Positions 48,263 to 51,901 of a DNA stretch of 51,901 nt are shown one piece after another. Position 1 is the stretch's first letter. Each line of letters opens with the position of its first letter. The stretch is from Eubacteriales bacterium. GTDB lineage: Bacteria; Bacillota; Clostridia; Oscillospirales; CAG-272. The notes under the pieces are model-generated. The model saw only the letters and a program-made list of their open reading frames with translations. It did not search any database and had not been told where the DNA came from. The stretch lies in NCBI GenBank assembly GCA_045614625.1, contig JAZLDE010000053.1, positions 1 to 51,901 on the forward strand. Direction: 5' to 3'. Made by a program: the position numbers and the translations under genes.

Positions 48263-48688
48263 ATGGCTATTAGAATGCGCGTTTTATACGCAACCGGCAA
48301 GAAAAAGATGATCAACATTGCCAACTTTATCAAGAGAAAGTACGAGCTGGATCTGAATGCAGTTGACTGTGTTCCCCCTGCCTACTCTTGTGACAAGGAG
48401 CGCATCGTCGTTCTGGCTGTTGCCGGCAAAAATGACGTTGAGGATTCCCTGCGTCGTTTCTGCATTGAGCTGACCAAGGTACGCGCCGCTAACGTCGCTC
48501 TGATGGTAGACGGTACCGAGATCTACGCCAACAACATCAAGGAGATCCTGAAGACCGCTGGTACCAACGTCATCGAGGACGTGCTGTACATCAAGTGCGG
48601 ACTCCCCTTCTTCGCTTCGCTCAAGCCTGAAGATGAGGCCGCTGTTGTCGATTGGCTGGACAACAAGGTCATCAACAATCTGAAATAA
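48263..48688 (+). CDS. hypothetical protein, flavodoxin-like fold
   Basis: MRVLYATGKKK..IA, alternating beta/alpha pattern, 141 aa, GGAGG RBS. Confidence 0.7.
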   Translation: MAIRMRVLYATGKKKMINIANFIKRKYELDLNAVDCVPPAYSCDKERIVVLAVAGKNDVEDSLRRFCIELTKVRAANVALMVDGTEIYANNIKEILKTAGTNVIEDVLYIKCGLPFFASLKPEDEAAVVDWLDNKVINNLK

Positions 48689-48693
48689 TCAAA

Positions 48694-48745
48694 CGAACAG
48701 AAATAAGCCCGTTACGATCAAACGTAGCGGGCTTATTTCTGTTCT
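48694..48745. terminator. bidirectional terminator
   Basis: GAACAGAAATAAGCCCG..CGGGCTTATTTCTGTTC. Confidence 0.75.
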
Positions 48746-48746
48746 C

Positions 48747-49880
48747 TTAACCCTGCTTTTTATCAGTCAGGTTAGCCTTATGCTTATCCAGCAACGTATG
48801 GATACGCTTAACAGGGTCAAGCAGGTTGCTGATGGTACGGTCATGGTTGAGTGTATCGATCAGATAGGCAACGTACTTGCACATATTGACCTCGCAGTAC
48901 CAGGGCTTTTCAGCAAGCTCGGGACGACGATAGACCAGGTTGGTCGTGAAAATCTTGTCGATCAGACCATCTGCATAGGCCTTATCGAACTTATCAAAAC
49001 CATCGGTAAACAGACCAAAGGTTGCAAAGTTGAAGATTCTCTTAGCACCCTTTTCCTTGAGCTGAAGCGCTACGTCAATAAGAGATTCACCAGAGGCGAT
49101 CATGTCGTCGACGATGATAACATCCTTGCCTTTGACACTTCTGCCGAGGTATTCGTGTGCTTCAATGGGGTTGCGGCCGTTGATAACGATAGAATAGTTG
49201 CGGCGCTTATAGAACATACCAATGTCAAGTCCAAGGACGGACGAATAGTACATCGAACGCTGCATTGCGCCCTCGTCGGGCGAGATCATCATCAGGTGCT
49301 CTTTTTCAACCTCGATGTCGGGATAGTTGCGAACCAGTGCCTTAATCATCTGATAGGTGGGCTGAATATTATCAAAGCCGTTGAGCGGAACGGCGTTACA
49401 GATACGTGCGTCGTGTGCGTCGAATGTCAGAATATCGGTCACGCCCATGTGGACCAATTCCTGCAGCATGATAGCACAGTCAAGGGATTCGCGAGAGGAA
49501 CGCTTGTGCTGACGACCTTCATACAGCATCGGCATGATAACAGTAATACGTCTTGCCTTACCGCCGATTGCCGCGATGATACGCTTGAGGTCTGCGTAAT
49601 GATCATCGGGACTCATGGGGACCGTCATGCCATACATTTTGTAGGTGACGCTGTAATTGAAAATGTCGCAAATGATGTAAACGTCGTGACCGCGCATAGA
49701 AGAATACAGCATACCCTTTGCCTCACCCGTACCAAAACGCGGGCAATCTACACGGGCAATATACGTTTCCTCACCGTCGTGTCTGCGCCATTCCTTGAGG
49801 TAGTAGTCCACCTGCTTGGCAAACTCCTCACAACCTTTCATACAAATGACGCTAAGTTCTGCAAATCCGTCTTCTCTCAT
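48747..49880 (-). CDS. prs: ribose-phosphate pyrophosphokinase
   Basis: RFGTGE, YEGRQHKR..RE, TFDAHD, ISPDEGA, IIVDDMIASGES. Confidence 0.93.
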   Translation of the reverse strand: MREDGFAELSVICMKGCEEFAKQVDYYLKEWRRHDGEETYIARVDCPRFGTGEAKGMLYSSMRGHDVYIICDIFNYSVTYKMYGMTVPMSPDDHYADLKRIIAAIGGKARRITVIMPMLYEGRQHKRSSRESLDCAIMLQELVHMGVTDILTFDAHDARICNAVPLNGFDNIQPTYQMIKALVRNYPDIEVEKEHLMMISPDEGAMQRSMYYSSVLGLDIGMFYKRRNYSIVINGRNPIEAHEYLGRSVKGKDVIIVDDMIASGESLIDVALQLKEKGAKRIFNFATFGLFTDGFDKFDKAYADGLIDKIFTTNLVYRRPELAEKPWYCEVNMCKYVAYLIDTLNHDRTISNLLDPVKRIHTLLDKHKANLTDKKQG

Positions 49881-50048
49881 TTCAATACCCCTTCCCTATC
49901 TGTCATTTTAAATTGTCAGAGCATAACTCCGTATTTATTATATCACACAATAGAAAAAAAGTAAAGGTCTTAAAAGCAAATCACACGTACACGGAATGAC
50001 AGAATTCTACTCGCTTTTTTTGTCTATTTTGATAAAAACGGACAAAAA

Positions 50049-50315
50049 TCAGCTGCAAAGGTCCTCCAGCACCTCCGAGATCGTGCACGGCGTTACCTTT
50101 CCCTGCACGATTTTGGAGTATATCGCTTGTGCCCGGCGAATATCTTTCGCATGGATCGTACACGTTATGTCTTCGTCACGAAATTCGCACTGTATCTGAT
50201 AGCAGGTGTTACCCTTTTCATTGCTGATGCGATATAAACGATAGTGAATTACGTCATCTTTTGTTCGGTCGTCTTTCTTAAATAGTTGAAAATCTTTGGT
50301 CATGGTTTCTTTCAT
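50049..50315 (-). CDS. small protein, DUF6514-like
   Basis: C-terminal KIVQGKVTPCTISEVLEDL pattern, AAGGAG RBS. Confidence 0.6.
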   Translation of the reverse strand: MKETMTKDFQLFKKDDRTKDDVIHYRLYRISNEKGNTCYQIQCEFRDEDITCTIHAKDIRRAQAIYSKIVQGKVTPCTISEVLEDLCS

Positions 50316-50716
50316 GATCTTCTCCTTTGTATTGTGGTGGCGGAATCGGTCGGGGGGACTCGATTTTTTTCGCTAAAAGTATTATATCACACTTTTTATG
50401 TGGCCTGATTTGCCAAAAGTCCTACGCATTTTTTATAATATTACCAACGATTCGCGCATTTCCAACAAAAAAGAAACTTTCGATTTCACCTGTTTCCATG
50501 TTTCCTATCCTCCGATTTTAATCTATTCCCACGAAATGTTAATCTATCCACACTTTCGCAACAAATTATTTACAAATTTTCATCAACTTTTTTAGCCAAC
50601 AAGAGGAAGCCATTCCATTAATTATCCCTTTACGTACAAAGGAAAACATGTTATAATTATATTGAGAAAAGTGCTTTTTCGACACGCACTAAAAACTGAC
50701 GAAAGGAGCCGTCAAG

Positions 50717-50983
50717 ATGCCCAATAAGAATGTTTTTTTCCGTTTTACACGCGATATGCACGTCGTACCGTATCAGATCCTTAAGCTTGGTTTTGCGATG
50801 ATTTCACTCTATGCTGCCATACTATATATCGTCATAGACATGACCCTACCCGATGTTGTCTACGCCTACCACATATTTCAATCCGCTTCCGAATACATCA
50901 CGATTTCAATCGTTCTGTTGCTCATAGGAATCGTTTGGCTTCACCGACTTTTCGGCCCACAAAAAGAAAAATCCGATCATTGA
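50717..50983 (+). CDS. small hypothetical membrane protein (2 TM)
   Basis: AAAGGAG RBS, upstream TTTACG-17-TATAAT, two hydrophobic helices. Confidence 0.6.
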   Translation: MPNKNVFFRFTRDMHVVPYQILKLGFAMISLYAAILYIVIDMTLPDVVYAYHIFQSASEYITISIVLLLIGIVWLHRLFGPQKEKSDH

Positions 50984-51005
50984 TTTGACTCAATGATCGG
51001 ATTTT
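50967..51005. terminator. bidirectional hairpin terminator
   Basis: AAAATCCGATCATTGA..TCAATGATCGGATTTT. Confidence 0.7.
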
Positions 51006-51026
51006 CTGCATTATGTAGTTGATTAA

Positions 51027-51875
51027 TTATTTGCGAATAAAAAGTACGCCCAGCGTATTTCTGCCACAATGTGCAGAAACAGTACAGCCCGCACGGGTGA
51101 CCAAAACCTCATCAAATACTCCCATATCGGTGACCTGCTTCACGCACTGATCAACAATGGCTGCATCACAGCCTGCGTGCGTGACGAAAATGCGCTTTGT
51201 ATCAATATCCGACGCATCGCCAATACGATCCGCTACATATTTTTCCAGCGTCATGGCAAATTTACCGCGATATTTCTTACCTACAATCATCTTGCCGTCG
51301 CGGACCATGACACAAGGCTTGAGCTGCAGCAAGTTCGCACCAAATGCGGCAATTGCCGAGCAACGGCCGCCCTTATGGAGAAATTCAAGGTTGTCAATGA
51401 CAAAGGATGCGTCTACGCGTTCTCTGAGTGCGCAGCACGCCTCTGCGATCTCCTTAGCGGACTTTCCATCTGCTGCCATTTCAGCTGCTGTTAAAACCAG
51501 CAGACCGCCGCCCGTGGAAAGATTCATGGAGTTAACCGGATAAACGCCCTCATATTCCTGCGCGGCCAGTCTTGCATTGTTAAAAGTAGAGGACATATCC
51601 GAGCTGATGGTAAACAGAACGATTTCGTTACCGTTTGCCGTTTCTTTGGCAAAAAACTCGTCAAATTCAGAGATGTTGATTGCAGCCGTTTTTGGTAACT
51701 GACCCGATTGCTCGTAGTTTCCATAGATCATGTCGGGATTGATATCAACACCATCACGATACTGCTTGCTCCCAAGGCTGACTTCCAGAGGAAGAATTTT
51801 GATCTGATAACGCTCAATCAATTCCGGACTAAGATCACACGTGCTGTCACTGGCGATAATAACATGCTTACTCAT
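51027..51875 (-). CDS. DegV family (fatty-acid-binding, FakB-like) protein
   Basis: SDSTCDL, PKTAA, ISSDMSSTF, LHKGGR, AHCGRNTLG. Confidence 0.93.
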   Translation of the reverse strand: MSKHVIIASDSTCDLSPELIERYQIKILPLEVSLGSKQYRDGVDINPDMIYGNYEQSGQLPKTAAINISEFDEFFAKETANGNEIVLFTISSDMSSTFNNARLAAQEYEGVYPVNSMNLSTGGGLLVLTAAEMAADGKSAKEIAEACCALRERVDASFVIDNLEFLHKGGRCSAIAAFGANLLQLKPCVMVRDGKMIVGKKYRGKFAMTLEKYVADRIGDASDIDTKRIFVTHAGCDAAIVDQCVKQVTDMGVFDEVLVTRAGCTVSAHCGRNTLGVLFIRK

Positions 51876-51901
51876 AATCGTTTTACCTTCTCTTTCTTTA
51901 G

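Noticed and set aside
50500-50580. DnaA-box cluster / origin
   Set aside because: Only one 8/9 box (CTATCCACA) and weaker matches, with no dnaA/dnaN context. A short TTAATCTAT repeat is too weak to call.

Overview
A 51.9-kb chromosomal segment of about 50% GC from a spore-forming member of the Clostridia. This assignment is inferred from spoIIID, sigmaE-type promoters, and DUF5058, DUF6514 and DegV genes. Most of it is housekeeping and metabolic: a nuclease-DinG/Rad3 helicase, asnS, phosphoesterases, plsY, a GH38 mannosidase, a MATE pump, comEC, thiT, rsmE, a CdaR-type regulator, an S41 protease, greA, ppdK, pth-mfd-prsA-like, pnuC-like, dapA-dapB-lysA, prs and degV. It also has two tRNAs (Tyr-GTA, Ile2-CAT) and three riboswitches (TPP, lysine, and a guanidine-IV-type leader ahead of the pnuC-like gene). 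I found no intact transposase, integrase, prophage or CRISPR array. The most unusual features are: (1) a tandem 177-bp multi-hairpin repeat downstream of tRNA-Tyr, each unit carrying a copy of the tRNA's atypical T-arm; (2) a secreted phosphoesterase with a Gly-Cys/TM/basic C-terminal tail instead of LPXTG; (3) a guanidine-IV riboswitch driving a PnuC-family transporter; (4) a 28-bp dif-like palindrome next to a foreign-looking gene fragment; and (5) a probable mannosidase-DUF5058-peptidase operon. All calls were made by eye, with no database searches.
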